DNA of 64,000 nucleotides from Spirochaetia bacterium. GTDB taxonomy: Bacteria; Spirochaetota; Spirochaetia; SZUA-6; Bin103. The first letter of the stretch is position 1. Each line of letters begins with the position of its first letter. The stretch spans positions 32,001-96,000 of the forward strand of contig CBDBDQ010000005.1 of assembly GCA_965203905.1 (NCBI GenBank). The letters run 5' to 3'. A program made the translations under genes and the position numbers. Below, one piece after another: positions 21,321 through 32,350 of this stretch. Below the pieces are notes generated by a model. The model worked only from the letters and a program-made list of their open reading frames with translations. It did no database searches and was not told the DNA's origin.

Positions 21321-21436
21321 CGTATCACGGACTGACCGTACCGACTGACCCGAAGATTCCGGCCCGCGAGGCGCTTCCTGTGCGTCGATTCTCATCCTCT
21401 TTCGTGTCACGGAGTGACCGTACCGACTGACCCGAA
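21321..21436. repeat. Two-copy 34-bp direct repeat with an 82-bp period
   Basis: cgtatcacggactgaccgtaccgactgacccgaa (21321-21354) and cgtgtcacggagtgaccgtaccgactgacccgaa (21403-21436). Confidence 0.9.
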
Positions 21437-21502
21437 AACGCTGGCCAGCCGCCGCTGCCTGAGCTTCGCCTGAAACTGTACTCCATGAGGGCCCAAAACA
21501 AA

Positions 21503-21921
21503 AGAGGCGGGCCTGTAAGCCGGGTTCTGTACGGTGGGCGCCGGTGGCGCCCACCGTCATGCACCATCTATCTGGACCGACCGTCATCGGCCGGCTCTTG
21601 CAGCCTACCCGCAGGCCGGAGTTTCACTCCTGGACGGGCCGTCCACCTGCTGCTCGGCTTTGCTCCTGGCGAGGTTTACCGTGCCGCCGCCGTCGCCGGC
21701 GACGCGGTGGGCTCTTACCCCACCTTTTCACCCTCACCGGCAGGCGCGCGGCGCAGCCGCACGCCGCCGGCAGTATGTTTTCTGTGGCACTCTCTGTCCG
21801 CGGCGCCCGCGGGCGCCGCGGCCCGGGCGTTACCCGGCGCCATGCCCTCATGGAGCCCGGACTTTCCTCCGCCGCGGCCGCCCCGAGGGGCCGCCCGGCG
21901 GCGGTGCAGCGGCCCGCCTCT
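21503..21921 (-). ncRNA. rnpB: RNase P RNA (type A)
   Basis: The minus strand has GAGGAAAGTCCGGGCTC, AGTGCCACAGAAA, GGTAAACC and ACAGAACCCGGCTTA. The ends pair as P1 (AGAGGCGGGCC/GGCCCGCCTCT). Confidence 0.97.
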
Positions 21922-21986
21922 CAATTCCTTCGCAGCGCCATGAAGCGCTGTTTACGCGCCAGACCAGCCCGCGCGCCTGCTATCGG

Positions 21987-22916
21987 CTAGTCCCCGGTCG
22001 ACGGCTCGGGCCGCGTCCCCAGCATCGCGGCATCCTCGCCCTCCTCGGCGTCGTCGCTCTCCGCAGGTTCGTCGTCGAACATCAGATCCTCGTCGTCGAA
22101 CTCGGCACTGGAGGCATCAAAGGCATCCGCGTCGAACTCCTCGTCGCCGCCGTAGAACACGATACGACTGCAATTCGGGCAGAACATGATCTCCAGGCCG
22201 GTCCGCACCCGGTTGGCGAAGAACGGCGGCAGGACTATCTGGCAACCGGTGCACACCCCTGCGCGCAGCGCCACGATGCCCAGGCCCTCCTTGGTGCGGA
22301 TGATGCGCTCGAACTTGAATAGCAGCTCGGTGTCGAGTCCCGGGGTGATCTTCGACTCTTCGTCGATGAGATCCTGCAACACCGTCTCGCGATCCGCGAT
22401 CTCGGATTCGATGCGTTGCTGCTCGTCCGCCACCTCCTGGTCCTGCTGCTTGATCAGCGCCTCCTCCTGCTCCAGGGTGGCCGCCATCTCGTCGAGGTGC
22501 TCCTCCTCACGCTGCAGCTCACGCCGCACTTCCACCTCACGCTCGCCGGAGTCACGTATTTCCTTGTCCAGGGCCTCGTACTCCCGCTGCGTGCGAATCG
22601 CGTCCATCTGACCTTCGTAATGCTCCCGCTCACGCTCCGCTTCGATGGCACGCTCGCGCAAATCGTGGATGCGCACCCTGAGTTGGTCGTACAGCTCGCT
22701 CTTCTCCACGTAAGATCGCTTGAGCCGGTTGAGCACCTCGGTCTTGGTGGACAGGGCCCGCGGAATCTCGCTGATCTCGTTCTCCGTGCGAAAGCGCTGA
22801 AACAGCACTTCCTGCAAAGTGCGTAACTTCTGGAGCACGTCCTCCAGGTTGCCGCCGGCGGCCGATTCCGGCGCACCGGGGATGTGCGCGGACGTATGTT
22901 GCATATTGCTACTCAT
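21987..22916 (-). CDS. Coiled-coil C4 zinc-ribbon protein (DUF164-like)
   Basis: Long coiled coil, then CTGC...CPNC and an acidic tail; downstream of rpoD. Confidence 0.88.
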   Translation of the reverse strand: MSSNMQHTSAHIPGAPESAAGGNLEDVLQKLRTLQEVLFQRFRTENEISEIPRALSTKTEVLNRLKRSYVEKSELYDQLRVRIHDLRERAIEAEREREHYEGQMDAIRTQREYEALDKEIRDSGEREVEVRRELQREEEHLDEMAATLEQEEALIKQQDQEVADEQQRIESEIADRETVLQDLIDEESKITPGLDTELLFKFERIIRTKEGLGIVALRAGVCTGCQIVLPPFFANRVRTGLEIMFCPNCSRIVFYGGDEEFDADAFDASSAEFDDEDLMFDDEPAESDDAEEGEDAAMLGTRPEPSTGD

Positions 22917-22930
22917 CTCCTACTCGTCTG

Positions 22931-24664
22931 TTACTCGTCCTGATAATCCTTGAGGCGGCGGCTGAGCTTGGGGTGGCGCAGACGGCGCAACGCCTTTGCT
23001 TCGATCTGACGGATGCGCTCGCGGGTCACGTTGAAGTACAAGCCCACCTCCTCCAGGGTCAGTGAGTACCCGTCATCCAGACCGAACCGCATCTTGAGCA
23101 CCTCCTGCTCCCGTTTCGGCAGCTTCCGCAACACCTCGTCGAGTTGTTCCTGCAGCAGGGTGAACGCGGTCTGGTTGGCCGGGTTCTCCACATCCTTGTC
23201 CTCGATGAAGTCGCCGAGAATCGAGTCTTCCTCCTCCCCGATGGGGGTCTCCAGGGAGATCGGCTCCCGCGCCACGCCCTTTACCGACTTGATGCGTGCT
23301 TCCGACCAGCCGAGACGTTCGGCTACTTCCTCGTCGGTCGGCTCGCGCCCGAGCACCTGCATGAGCTGGCGTGACTCCCGCACCACCTTGTTGATCTGCT
23401 CGATCATGTGCACGGGAACGCGGATGGTACGGGCCTGGTCGGAGATCGACCGGGTGATCGCCTGGCGAATCCACCAGGTGGCGTAGGTGGAAAACTTGTA
23501 ACCCTTGCGGTACTCGAACTTCTCCACCGCCTTGATCAGGCCGATGTTGCCCTCCTGCACCAGGTCGAAGAAATGCAGCCCACGGTTGGTGTACTTCTTG
23601 GCGATACTCACCACCAGCCGCAGGTTGGCCTGGATCAGACGATCCTTGGCCCCCTTCATCATCACCCGGCCGTGCTCGATCTGCCGGGTCATGGCCAGAA
23701 TCTCGTCACAGGTCTGCTCGAAGGCGTTTTCCAGACCGGCCAGCTTGCGCTCATTGACCTGAAAGATGCGGATCAGCTCCTTGATCTTCTCCGCGGGCAG
23801 GTCCAACTCTTCCTCGATGCGCACCTGCTTGGCCTTCTGGGCAAGCCCCCGGCCCAGGTTGCGCAGCTCCTTGGCGTTCGCTACCCGCAGCTGGTGCTGA
23901 ATGCTGCGCTGCTCCTCGGTGACCGTGTGGATCTTGCGGGCTGCGTCGGCGAACAGGTCGGAGACTTCGTTGATTTCGTCCTGGTGGAAGGCGATGTTCT
24001 TGAGGGCACGCAGAATGGGAGCTCTCAAGGCGGCCAGCCGATCGTTGCCGAGCACCAGGCCCCCATCCGCCGCGATCTGCTTCTTGATGTCCACGTAGCC
24101 CTTGAGGGTGGAGTACAACTCGCGGATCGTGTCCTTGTACCAGGCGTTCAGCCGCCGGCGGTCGGCAAGGAACTCCGACGCCTCCTTCTTGGTGAGGTTG
24201 AGCTCCCGCGGATCCTTGGCGGAACGGGCGCGCTCGGCGATGTCATAAAACTGCGGAATCAGGGCGCCGCTGGAGGTAAACACGTCCTTGATGATGTTCT
24301 CGCCGGTCTCCATCTCCTTCGACAGGCGAACCTCATCCTCCGCGGTGAGCAGTCTCTCCCGGCCGATCTCGCGCAGGTACAGGCGGATCGGATCGTCGAC
24401 CGCTGAATCCTTGTCGTTGTACACCAGTTTGCGATTGGACGCCGGCGGCTTGTCGGTATCGTCGGTTACGTCCTCGTCTTCCAGCTTGATGCCATTCTTC
24501 TCCAGAATCGCCGCCACCTCGTCGATGCGATCGGAGTTGACGATCCAGTCCGGCAGAAAGTCAGTTACCTCGTCGTAGGTCACCGTTTTCTTGCGGCGCG
24601 CGAAGTCCAGCAGACGTTCCACTACCGGGTCCTGCTGGAGATCACTCACCAATGGTGCTCTCAT
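22931..24664 (-). CDS. rpoD: Primary sigma factor RpoD
   Basis: [36 protein letters not shown] and [16 protein letters not shown]. Confidence 0.98.
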   Translation of the reverse strand: MRAPLVSDLQQDPVVERLLDFARRKKTVTYDEVTDFLPDWIVNSDRIDEVAAILEKNGIKLEDEDVTDDTDKPPASNRKLVYNDKDSAVDDPIRLYLREIGRERLLTAEDEVRLSKEMETGENIIKDVFTSSGALIPQFYDIAERARSAKDPRELNLTKKEASEFLADRRRLNAWYKDTIRELYSTLKGYVDIKKQIAADGGLVLGNDRLAALRAPILRALKNIAFHQDEINEVSDLFADAARKIHTVTEEQRSIQHQLRVANAKELRNLGRGLAQKAKQVRIEEELDLPAEKIKELIRIFQVNERKLAGLENAFEQTCDEILAMTRQIEHGRVMMKGAKDRLIQANLRLVVSIAKKYTNRGLHFFDLVQEGNIGLIKAVEKFEYRKGYKFSTYATWWIRQAITRSISDQARTIRVPVHMIEQINKVVRESRQLMQVLGREPTDEEVAERLGWSEARIKSVKGVAREPISLETPIGEEEDSILGDFIEDKDVENPANQTAFTLLQEQLDEVLRKLPKREQEVLKMRFGLDDGYSLTLEEVGLYFNVTRERIRQIEAKALRRLRHPKLSRRLKDYQDE

Positions 24665-26568
24665 CGAGACACGGCCTCCCCGCGCAGCTTGTTCAGCTCG
24701 CTGTCCAAGTAGATCTTGTCGGCCAGGAGCTCGGTCACCACCTGCGACGCGCCGGCGTGCTCGGCCTGGCGCACCTGCTCCATGAGCCGATCGCGCTTGC
24801 GCTCCAACGCATGCGACTTCACGTGGCGTATGCCCTCGCTGACGTAGGCATCGGCGTTGACGGTAAATTCGTCACTGCCAAGCTTCCGGGCAACCAACGA
24901 GCGCAACTCGGGCGGCTCCAGGCGCAGCAGCAGATGTTCGGTGTCGGTCTGATCGTGCCGATAGCAGTCCTCCAAAGCAATGTACAGGACGCGCGCGCGC
25001 GCGTCTTCAAGATCATCGACCTCCAGCCGGCTGCGCACGGCAGCGAACAGCTCCCGATTCACGGTCACCGCCAGCATCAGTCGCAACTCGGCCCCCGCAC
25101 GCTCCGCGATGTCGGGCACCGGGGCCGACGCTGCCGGCGCCGGCGGGCGGCCGGCGGACTGTGGCCCGGCGGCGCGCCGGCGAAACTCGGCGCGCACCGT
25201 GTCGTAGTCCAGCCGCAAGTGCGCCGCCACCTCCTGCAGCAGAGCATCGCGGGTAATCACCGAGTCGATGTCGCTCAGGTAGGGGTAGATGTCGCGAAAT
25301 GCCTGTTCCTTGCCCTCCGCCGTGCTCAGGTCCTTGCCGGAACACGCGGCCTGTATCGTGTACCGGGATGCTGTTATAGGCGATTCGAGCATCCGCTGCA
25401 ACTCACCGCCCTCACCGGCCGCTACCAGGTCTGCAGGGTCACGCCCCGCCGGCAGCGGCACCACCGTTGCCGTCACCTCGTGCCTGGCCAGCTCACGCAG
25501 CGAGCGCAGCGCCGCCGTGTGTCCCGCTTCGTCGGCGTCGAACATCACCACCACCGCGAGTTGATATCGCTTCAGCAGGCGGGCGTGCGCGGAGCCGAAG
25601 GCCGTCCCCAGCGTTGCCACGGCCGGCACCGCCAGACTGGTAAGAGCCATCACGTCGGTGTAGCCCTCCACCACCACCACCCGCGACGGCGCGGGGCCCG
25701 CGCCACCGGCAGGGTCTCCGGAGGCGCCGGTCGCGGCCGTGGGCTCGGCGCCTTCTGCGGGACCCGTGCCGCCGCGCCGGTGAGCACCGGCGCGCAGCAG
25801 GGGAAGGGCGTGATTCAGCCCGAACAGCTGCTCGTGCTTGCGAAAGAAGGGAGTCTCGGCGGAGTTGACGTACTTCGGCCCGCCCTCGGCCGCGAGCGTA
25901 CGGCCGCCAAATGCCAGCACCTCGCCACGCGCGTTGATGATCGGGAACATCAGCCGCCCCCAGAACAGGGCCCGCAACTCTGCCGCGCCGGCCCCGCCAG
26001 CGTCGCCCCCGCGGCGCGTGAACAGGCCCGACTGGGCCAGGAACCGGTCGGAGAACTGCTTGCTGCGGAGGAAATTCAGCAGCCAGCCGTGAGCTGCCGG
26101 CGCCCAGCCCAGCTTGAATGCCGCCACCGCCTGCGGGCCGATTCCACGCTGCTCCAGGTAATCCCGTGCAGGTGCGGCTTCACCGAAGGTACGCAGTACG
26201 TGATGGAAGGTCTCTGCGATCCGACTGTTGAGTTCTACGTATTCGCGCCGCGAGATGGCACCAGCCGGCCGCTGCTCGGTCTCCAGTTGCACGCCGGCGC
26301 GCTCCGCCAGCATGCGCACCGCCTCCGGGAACGGGAGTTGCTCGACATCCATGACAAACTGGATCAGCCCGCCCCCCTTGCCACAGCCGAAGCAGTAGAA
26401 CGCCGACTTGTCCGCGGACACCGTAAACGACGGTGTCTTTTCGGTGTGGAACGGGCACAGTCCCCAGTAGCGGCCGCCGCGCTGGCGCAGCGCCGAGTAC
26501 TCCGCGACCACGTCGACGATGTCCAGACGGTCGACGATCTGGGCGATCTGAGCTTCAGGAATGCGCAC
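24661..26568 (-). CDS. dnaG: DNA primase
   Basis: Zinc domain CPFH...CFGC, FGGR, PKYVNS, and TOPRIM VEGYTD/DADEAG. Confidence 0.97.
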   Translation of the reverse strand: MRIPEAQIAQIVDRLDIVDVVAEYSALRQRGGRYWGLCPFHTEKTPSFTVSADKSAFYCFGCGKGGGLIQFVMDVEQLPFPEAVRMLAERAGVQLETEQRPAGAISRREYVELNSRIAETFHHVLRTFGEAAPARDYLEQRGIGPQAVAAFKLGWAPAAHGWLLNFLRSKQFSDRFLAQSGLFTRRGGDAGGAGAAELRALFWGRLMFPIINARGEVLAFGGRTLAAEGGPKYVNSAETPFFRKHEQLFGLNHALPLLRAGAHRRGGTGPAEGAEPTAATGASGDPAGGAGPAPSRVVVVEGYTDVMALTSLAVPAVATLGTAFGSAHARLLKRYQLAVVVMFDADEAGHTAALRSLRELARHEVTATVVPLPAGRDPADLVAAGEGGELQRMLESPITASRYTIQAACSGKDLSTAEGKEQAFRDIYPYLSDIDSVITRDALLQEVAAHLRLDYDTVRAEFRRRAAGPQSAGRPPAPAASAPVPDIAERAGAELRLMLAVTVNRELFAAVRSRLEVDDLEDARARVLYIALEDCYRHDQTDTEHLLLRLEPPELRSLVARKLGSDEFTVNADAYVSEGIRHVKSHALERKRDRLMEQVRQAEHAGASQVVTELLADKIYLDSELNKLRGEAVSR

Positions 26569-27613
26569 GGCTTGGGGACTGAGCGATCCCCTTCAGGTAG
26601 ACGAACCTGGCCTCGGAGTGTTCGCTCAGGACGCTCGAGAAGTGGTGTGCCCCGGTGGCGGGATCCTTGACCACGAAGTAGCGGTACTCGGTCTCCGCCG
26701 GGTGCAGAGCGGCCTGCAGGGCGGTGAGCCCGGGATTGGCAATCGGGCCCGGCGGCAGTCCCCGCGAGCGGTAGGTGTTGAACGCCGATTCGATCTCCAG
26801 ATCGGCCTCGAAAATGCGCTCGGGGTGCTCGTGACCCTGGATCTCGGTGATGATGTACACGATGGTAGCGCACGACTCCAGGCGCAGGTTGCTCCGCAGC
26901 CGGTTGTTGAACACCGACGCGATGAGCGGAGCCTCGCTCGGTACGCGGTACTCGCGTTCGACGATGGATGCCAGTATCACCGTGTCGTGCAACTCTGCCG
27001 CGTCCGGTCTGGCGCCGGGATGAATCTCCTCCAGGCGTCCGAAGAACGTGTCGACCATGTGTCGGACCACCGCCTCCGCGCCGTACCCGCGCGGGAAGTA
27101 GTAGGTATCGGGGAACAGATACCCCTCCGCGGTGAGGGCCTCGATCCCGTAGCTCTGCATCAACTCCGGGGCGTTCACCGCACCACGGAACTCGGCGGCA
27201 CTGGTAATGGCGTGCTCCTCCAGGTGGGTGGCGATTCTGTTGCTGGTCCAGCCCTCGGGTATCGTGACGCGTATCAGGTCGTTGGAGCCGGCCATCAGCA
27301 GACCGAGAATCTCGGCGCTGGTGGCGTCGGCAGGAAAGCGATAGTAGCCCGCCCGGATGGCGCTTTCGGCACCACGGGCCCTGGCCAGCAGGTGCAGCAG
27401 CGCCGGCGAACGAATGAACCCCGCGCCGTACAGGCGCTGCGCCACCCCGGTAAGCGACTCCCCGGACGGAACCGTGAACGTGCGTGACGGTGCCACCGTG
27501 GCAGGAGCCTGGTTCAGGTAGTAGCCGGCGGCGGCAACGGCCGCGACCGTCCCGACCAGCAGGGCCGCGGCAACGGCCGCCGGCAGTCTGCTGCAACCGC
27601 GCGTCAGCGGCAT
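26555..27613 (-). CDS. mltG: Endolytic transglycosylase MltG
   Basis: VTIPEG, EGYLFPDTY, LASIVERE and GLPPGPIANPG. Start placed at ATG 27613. Confidence 0.93.
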   Translation of the reverse strand: MPLTRGCSRLPAAVAAALLVGTVAAVAAAGYYLNQAPATVAPSRTFTVPSGESLTGVAQRLYGAGFIRSPALLHLLARARGAESAIRAGYYRFPADATSAEILGLLMAGSNDLIRVTIPEGWTSNRIATHLEEHAITSAAEFRGAVNAPELMQSYGIEALTAEGYLFPDTYYFPRGYGAEAVVRHMVDTFFGRLEEIHPGARPDAAELHDTVILASIVEREYRVPSEAPLIASVFNNRLRSNLRLESCATIVYIITEIQGHEHPERIFEADLEIESAFNTYRSRGLPPGPIANPGLTALQAALHPAETEYRYFVVKDPATGAHHFSSVLSEHSEARFVYLKGIAQSPSRAHS

Positions 27614-27647
27614 GTCCGACCGACTCCGCTCGAACGGCGGGGCGGCG

Positions 27648-30600
27648 CTAGGAGCCGCGGCCGGTGAGAATGAACTCGACTCGCCGATTCTTCCATCGGT
27701 TCTGTTGATCCGAGAACGGCACCACCGGGTTGGCGCCGCCGACGCCGTCGGTGGTGATTCGGTCGACACTCACACCCAAGGCCACCAGTTCGCGCTTGAC
27801 GGCCTCGGCGCGGGACGCGGACAGCGGCAGCAGCACGTCCCTCTGCTCGCGCGCCGCCGCCTCCGGGTTGCCATACAGCACACTGTTCGCATGCCCCTCT
27901 ATAAGTATCGTATAGCTGGTGTTCTGGTTGAAGATCTGTCCCAGCCGAGTAATGGTGCGCGCATTGAGTGCCGCCGCCTCCCCCGTCACCAGGGCCAGAT
28001 CCGCCGAGTCCGGAGGAAAGGTGATCGCGGCGATGCGAATTCGCAACTTGTCGCCGTCGCGAATGATCAGGATGTCGATGGGAATCGTGGTGCTCACGAA
28101 GGACGCGTTCCCCACCACATCGCTTACGGCCAGGGCAACCGGGTACTCCAGCGCCGACTGCACCAGCTCGCCGCTGTCCGACAACCCATCCCACGTGACC
28201 CGGTCGCTGGGCGCGCCGCGGCCCGAGAGGGTAGTGAACGGGGCCCCCAGCGGATCGGTGATGGTCATGCTCCAGCCGGAGATCGGACTGAGATCCTCGA
28301 CTTCGACTGCCAGGGTGAGCACGTCGTCCACGCCGTCGCCGTCCGGCGAGAACGGCAGCGGCGACAGCGCCAGTCTGACGCGCGGCGGGGTTCGGTCGAG
28401 GATGAACGTCGCCGTGCGCGCGCGCGGCTGGTTGCCCTTCAGGTAGTCGACCTGCACCTCGGCGACGTAGGCACCCTCGGGTGCCGACGCGCCCTGGTTG
28501 TCCAGCCCGTCCCAGACCACACGTTCCGGCACGGCGCCGGTACCGCCCATGGCGCGTTGCGATCCGCGGCGCGAATGAACGAACTTCACCTCCCAGATGC
28601 GGATTCCCTCGTTCACCCCCACGTCGACGCCGATCGCCTGGGTGTCGCGCACGTCATCGCCGTTGGGAGAAAAGCCCTCCGTCGCCAGAGTCACCGCCAG
28701 CGACGTCGGTCGTCCGTCGACCTCGATGCCCTCCAGCACCGCGGTGGCCGTATTGCCGGCGCGGTCGCGCCCGGTCACGCGGTAGGTGTACTGCCCATCC
28801 CTGACCACGTTGCCGTTTTCGTCACGAGCATCCCAGGTGAAGTCGGCCAGCTCACCGCGCCAGAAGAAACTGCGCACGACGCTGCCGGCACCGTCGGTGA
28901 TTTCCCCTTCCCACTTCTCCTCGCGGGACGAGGACTGCTGCACGTGCATCTCGTCGCGGCGCCCGTCGCCGTCAGGCGACAACACCAGCGAGTCAGCCGC
29001 CAGCTCCGCCTCCGGATACTTGGTATCGACCACGAACGACGGGCTGCTCGCACTGGGGTTGTTCCCCTTGGCGTAGGACACCTGCAGCGAGCCGAAGTAG
29101 GACCCGTCCGCTACCCGGTCGCCGGCGTCGTCGATGCCGTCCCAGATGATCTGCTCGGGAACCCGGTCACGGCCGGACAGCGTGCGCACCACCCTCGCGG
29201 TGGCCGGATCGCCGCGTCCGGCATGGATACGCAGCGTGTAGCGGTCGATTCCCTCCTTGTCCTCCAACCTCGGCAGCAGGACCACGTGGTCGGCAACACC
29301 GTCCGAATTCGGCGAAAAGTGGGTGGCGCTGGTGGTGATGAATACCGGCGTATCGGCAGTGTCGACCTGGAGATCGATGCTGTTCGAGCGGCCCTCGTTG
29401 CCCGCCGAGTCACGGGCGGCCAGCGTGTAACGATAGGTTCCGTCGGCGACCGGCCGCCCGTCGGCGCGGCGCCCGTCCCAGGTATAGCTGTCGTCGGGTG
29501 TGCCGTGCCAGATCTGGGTACGGATCACCGTGCCGGCCGCATCGCGCACCGTAGCGGTCCAGACCGCCTCATCGTAGCTCTCGTGGAACACCGTCACGGT
29601 GTCCTTGTTGCCGTCTCCGTTGGGGGAGAACACCGTCAGCTCCGCCTTGATGGTGGCGGAAGGACCGGTCAGGTCGATGGCCAGTTCGGGCGGCTCGGCG
29701 AACGGCCGGTTGCCATTTTCGTACACTACGTCCAAGCGCGCGCGGTAGACGCCCTCCGGCAGGCTGCGGCCGGCATCGTCGCGACCGTCGAAGGTGAGCT
29801 CTTCCGGGATCCGCGCGCCGCCCGTATAGCGCCGCACCACTTCGCGTGCCGCGTTCCGAATGGCCAGCTCCCAGCGTTCGACGCCGGCCAGCACCGGGAC
29901 CTCCAACCGGTAACTGGTGCTGTCGTCCTCGCCGTCGCCATTCGGCGAAATGTCGGCGTCGGTGATACGCACCGAGATGGGAGTGCTCTGCGTATTGACG
30001 ACGATACCGCCTACCCGCGCCTCCGCGAAATTGCCGGCGCGGTCGGTGCTGAACACGTGATAGCCGTAGACGCCGTCGGCCGCCATGGTGCCGTCGTCAC
30101 GCCGCCCGTCCCACTCCACGGTAGCGGGTGCGTCGCCTTCCCATACGAAGCTGGCCACCGGCGCATCGGAGGCATCGAGCAGCTGCGCCTGCCAACGCTC
30201 CTCGGAGGAGAGTTGCTGCTCGATGGTCAGGGAATCCTTGTTGCCGTCGCCGTTGGGAGAGAACAACAGATCCACCGCCAGTGCCGTGGCCTGTGGCGGG
30301 GTGTTGTCCACGACCACGGTGCGGCGCGCGGTTTGCGCGTGGTTGGCGCGATCGTCCCACGCTTCCAGGTAGTACTGGTAGCTGCCGTCGGCTACCACGT
30401 TGCCGCCCGAGGACCTGCCATCCCAGACCAGGGACTCCGGCACCTCGATTCCCGCCTTGACCGTGAACAGGCGTTCGAAGGCGTCCGGCACCCCGGTCGC
30501 CTCCGCCTGCCACTCCTTGTTGCGGATCATGCGCACCACGTTGCCGGCCTCGTCCTCGATCACCAGCACGTAGCCCTCCACCAGGCTGCCGTCGGTGATG

Positions 30601-31769
30601 CGGATCGGCAGCACCAGGTCATCCTGAATCCCGTCCAGATTGGGCGAGCGATACGCTACCTCTGCACTGTCGATGAACACCTCCGGCGGCGCCGTATCGA
30701 CGGTGCCCACGGCGATGCCGGCGCCCAGCCCCAGGCCCCAAAGCTCCTCGCGGAGCGGGGCCGCCGCGACGTGAACCTTGACCTCACCGGGGGTACCGGC
30801 GCGCTCGTCCTGCGGTTCGGGCGCCGGCTCCCCGAAGCCAATGCTGACACTGACCCCGAAGCCCGGTCCGTTCTTCCCTACCTCCATCCCTTCTTCGTCA
30901 CCGTCACCGAACACGGTAACCGGATAGTGGGCCCGGAGTTGCAGGAAATCGCGGATCTCCAGCGCCAGGCCGAGCTCCAGCTTCACGGCCTGCAGGGTGG
31001 GCGACCACAGATCGAGCTTGGTGGTCAGCGCCACATCCTCGCTCGCCAGCGGGGACACCGCCAGGCCCGCCGCCAGCGTGAACGGCGGTACGTAGACCCG
31101 ATATTCGTCCTTCTGCTCGGCGAAGCTCAGGCCGATGCCGCGGAAGGCGAGCCCCCAGGACAGGTTCTGCAAGGGTCCGAGGTCGCCCGCCTGGTGCAGC
31201 AGCCCGAGATCGAGGCCGGCACCGAAAGCGAACTCTTCGGTGGTGTGGTCGTTGCCGAACTGGAATCCGGCACCGGCACCCACGAACAGGCCCCGGTACA
31301 ACTCCTTGGCGAAGGAGACGTGAACCGCGCCCAGCGGCCCGTAGCTCATCTGTGGCACTTCCGAGCCGAAGAAGTGGCCGCTGAATCCCCAGGTCCCGAT
31401 CCGGGTAGGTACGGTGGCGCCGGCGTTGGCCGCATGGCCGAGCCCGCCGTCGCCGGCGGTCGACAGCAATGCGATGTAGCCCACCTCGAAGTTGAGTCGC
31501 TCGTCGGTGGCGGGAAGAGCAGGATTGAGCACGTGCGCCGACGGCACGCCGGTCAAGGTGAGGTGACGTCCGCCGGCCAGCACGGCTGGCGCGTACAACG
31601 ACAGCAGGTCACCGCTGTTCGGCAGGCCGCCGGCGAGTGTCGCCACCAACAACAGCGGGGCGCCGACCAGCAGTCGGGTGCGCCTGGCGGGGTTGATCTT
31701 CCAAGACAGCGAGTTGTAACGATCGGTGCTCATCCAGTTCCTTCGGGGCGTTCCGCGCTGGCGGCTCAC
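27648..31769 (-). CDS. Large exported protein: putative N-terminal beta-barrel, 8 FlgD/CHU_C-like Ig repeats and a C-terminal OmpA-like domain
   Basis: Signal peptide; 8 repeats of SP(N/D)xDG paired with WDG...DGxY; C-terminal IEGHAN...LSASRAEAV...NRRVEF. Confidence 0.85.
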   Translation of the reverse strand: MSRQRGTPRRNWMSTDRYNSLSWKINPARRTRLLVGAPLLLVATLAGGLPNSGDLLSLYAPAVLAGGRHLTLTGVPSAHVLNPALPATDERLNFEVGYIALLSTAGDGGLGHAANAGATVPTRIGTWGFSGHFFGSEVPQMSYGPLGAVHVSFAKELYRGLFVGAGAGFQFGNDHTTEEFAFGAGLDLGLLHQAGDLGPLQNLSWGLAFRGIGLSFAEQKDEYRVYVPPFTLAAGLAVSPLASEDVALTTKLDLWSPTLQAVKLELGLALEIRDFLQLRAHYPVTVFGDGDEEGMEVGKNGPGFGVSVSIGFGEPAPEPQDERAGTPGEVKVHVAAAPLREELWGLGLGAGIAVGTVDTAPPEVFIDSAEVAYRSPNLDGIQDDLVLPIRITDGSLVEGYVLVIEDEAGNVVRMIRNKEWQAEATGVPDAFERLFTVKAGIEVPESLVWDGRSSGGNVVADGSYQYYLEAWDDRANHAQTARRTVVVDNTPPQATALAVDLLFSPNGDGNKDSLTIEQQLSSEERWQAQLLDASDAPVASFVWEGDAPATVEWDGRRDDGTMAADGVYGYHVFSTDRAGNFAEARVGGIVVNTQSTPISVRITDADISPNGDGEDDSTSYRLEVPVLAGVERWELAIRNAAREVVRRYTGGARIPEELTFDGRDDAGRSLPEGVYRARLDVVYENGNRPFAEPPELAIDLTGPSATIKAELTVFSPNGDGNKDTVTVFHESYDEAVWTATVRDAAGTVIRTQIWHGTPDDSYTWDGRRADGRPVADGTYRYTLAARDSAGNEGRSNSIDLQVDTADTPVFITTSATHFSPNSDGVADHVVLLPRLEDKEGIDRYTLRIHAGRGDPATARVVRTLSGRDRVPEQIIWDGIDDAGDRVADGSYFGSLQVSYAKGNNPSASSPSFVVDTKYPEAELAADSLVLSPDGDGRRDEMHVQQSSSREEKWEGEITDGAGSVVRSFFWRGELADFTWDARDENGNVVRDGQYTYRVTGRDRAGNTATAVLEGIEVDGRPTSLAVTLATEGFSPNGDDVRDTQAIGVDVGVNEGIRIWEVKFVHSRRGSQRAMGGTGAVPERVVWDGLDNQGASAPEGAYVAEVQVDYLKGNQPRARTATFILDRTPPRVRLALSPLPFSPDGDGVDDVLTLAVEVEDLSPISGWSMTITDPLGAPFTTLSGRGAPSDRVTWDGLSDSGELVQSALEYPVALAVSDVVGNASFVSTTIPIDILIIRDGDKLRIRIAAITFPPDSADLALVTGEAAALNARTITRLGQIFNQNTSYTILIEGHANSVLYGNPEAAAREQRDVLLPLSASRAEAVKRELVALGVSVDRITTDGVGGANPVVPFSDQQNRWKNRRVEFILTGRGS

Positions 31770-32251
31770 CCGTCCGCCTCGTCGCCGTGCCGGTCACCTG
31801 GCGGTGATGGTTCCATGTCGAGGTGCGGCTCTTCCTCGCGTCGCGCCAGCCAATAGTCGATTTCGATTGCGCTGTGCAGCGGCCCCAGGCCGATGCCGGG
31901 ACAATCCCGTGCTGCCGTCTCCCAACTCTCCCGGTCGGCCAGTTGCGACGGCCAGAACGGGAAGCTGCGACACTGCAACGGACGCGACGGGTACACCGTG
32001 CACCCACCCTCGCCCCAGAACACACAGTCGAAATTGTCCTGCTCGCGCAGACTCAGCCTGGTGGCGCCGCCCCAATTCACCTCGCGGCAGTAGCGTGCGC
32101 GTACCTCGGCCGCAGGCAGCTTCAAGAAAACGGAGAGCTGGTCCAGATCGCTCTGGGAGAGAAACACGAAACCAGGCTGATGGCGACAGCAACGTTGACA
32201 GCGGGTGCAGTCGAAGCGCAACCCGTCGGCATGGAACGGACGCTCGTCCAC
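31766..32251 (-). CDS. YkgJ-family CxxCxxCC cysteine-cluster protein
   Basis: FDCTRCQRCC...CVF...CTVYPSRPLQCRSFPFW...CPG. The start is approximate and must lie downstream of tRNA-Tyr. Confidence 0.88.
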   Translation of the reverse strand: MDERPFHADGLRFDCTRCQRCCRHQPGFVFLSQSDLDQLSVFLKLPAAEVRARYCREVNWGGATRLSLREQDNFDCVFWGEGGCTVYPSRPLQCRSFPFWPSQLADRESWETAARDCPGIGLGPLHSAIEIDYWLARREEEPHLDMEPSPPGDRHGDEADG

Positions 32252-32268
32252 GGCTTGCAAACTCAAGT

Positions 32269-32350
32269 TGGGGAGAGCAGGATTCGAACCTGCGAAGGCT
32301 TTGCCAACAGATTTACAGTCTGCCCCCTTTGGCCACTCGGGAATCTCCCC
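32269..32350 (-). tRNA. tRNA-Tyr(GTA), CCA not encoded
   Basis: GGGGAGA/TCTCCCC acceptor stem, CT-GTA-AA loop, long variable arm and GGTTCGAATCC. Confidence 0.97.

Noticed and set aside
21321-21436. CRISPR array
   Set aside because: Only two imperfect repeats with a 48-bp spacer, no cas genes and no AT-rich leader. Kept as a plain repeat.
25685-25800. Intein in DnaG
   Set aside because: The insertion is far too short and lacks C/S...HN splice motifs.
27612-31856. Very long antisense or alternate-frame ORFs (e.g. 1414 aa here, 1070 aa at 2776-5988, 690 aa at 541-2613)
   Set aside because: These are shadow ORFs of GC3-rich genes. They lack motifs and overlap well-supported genes.
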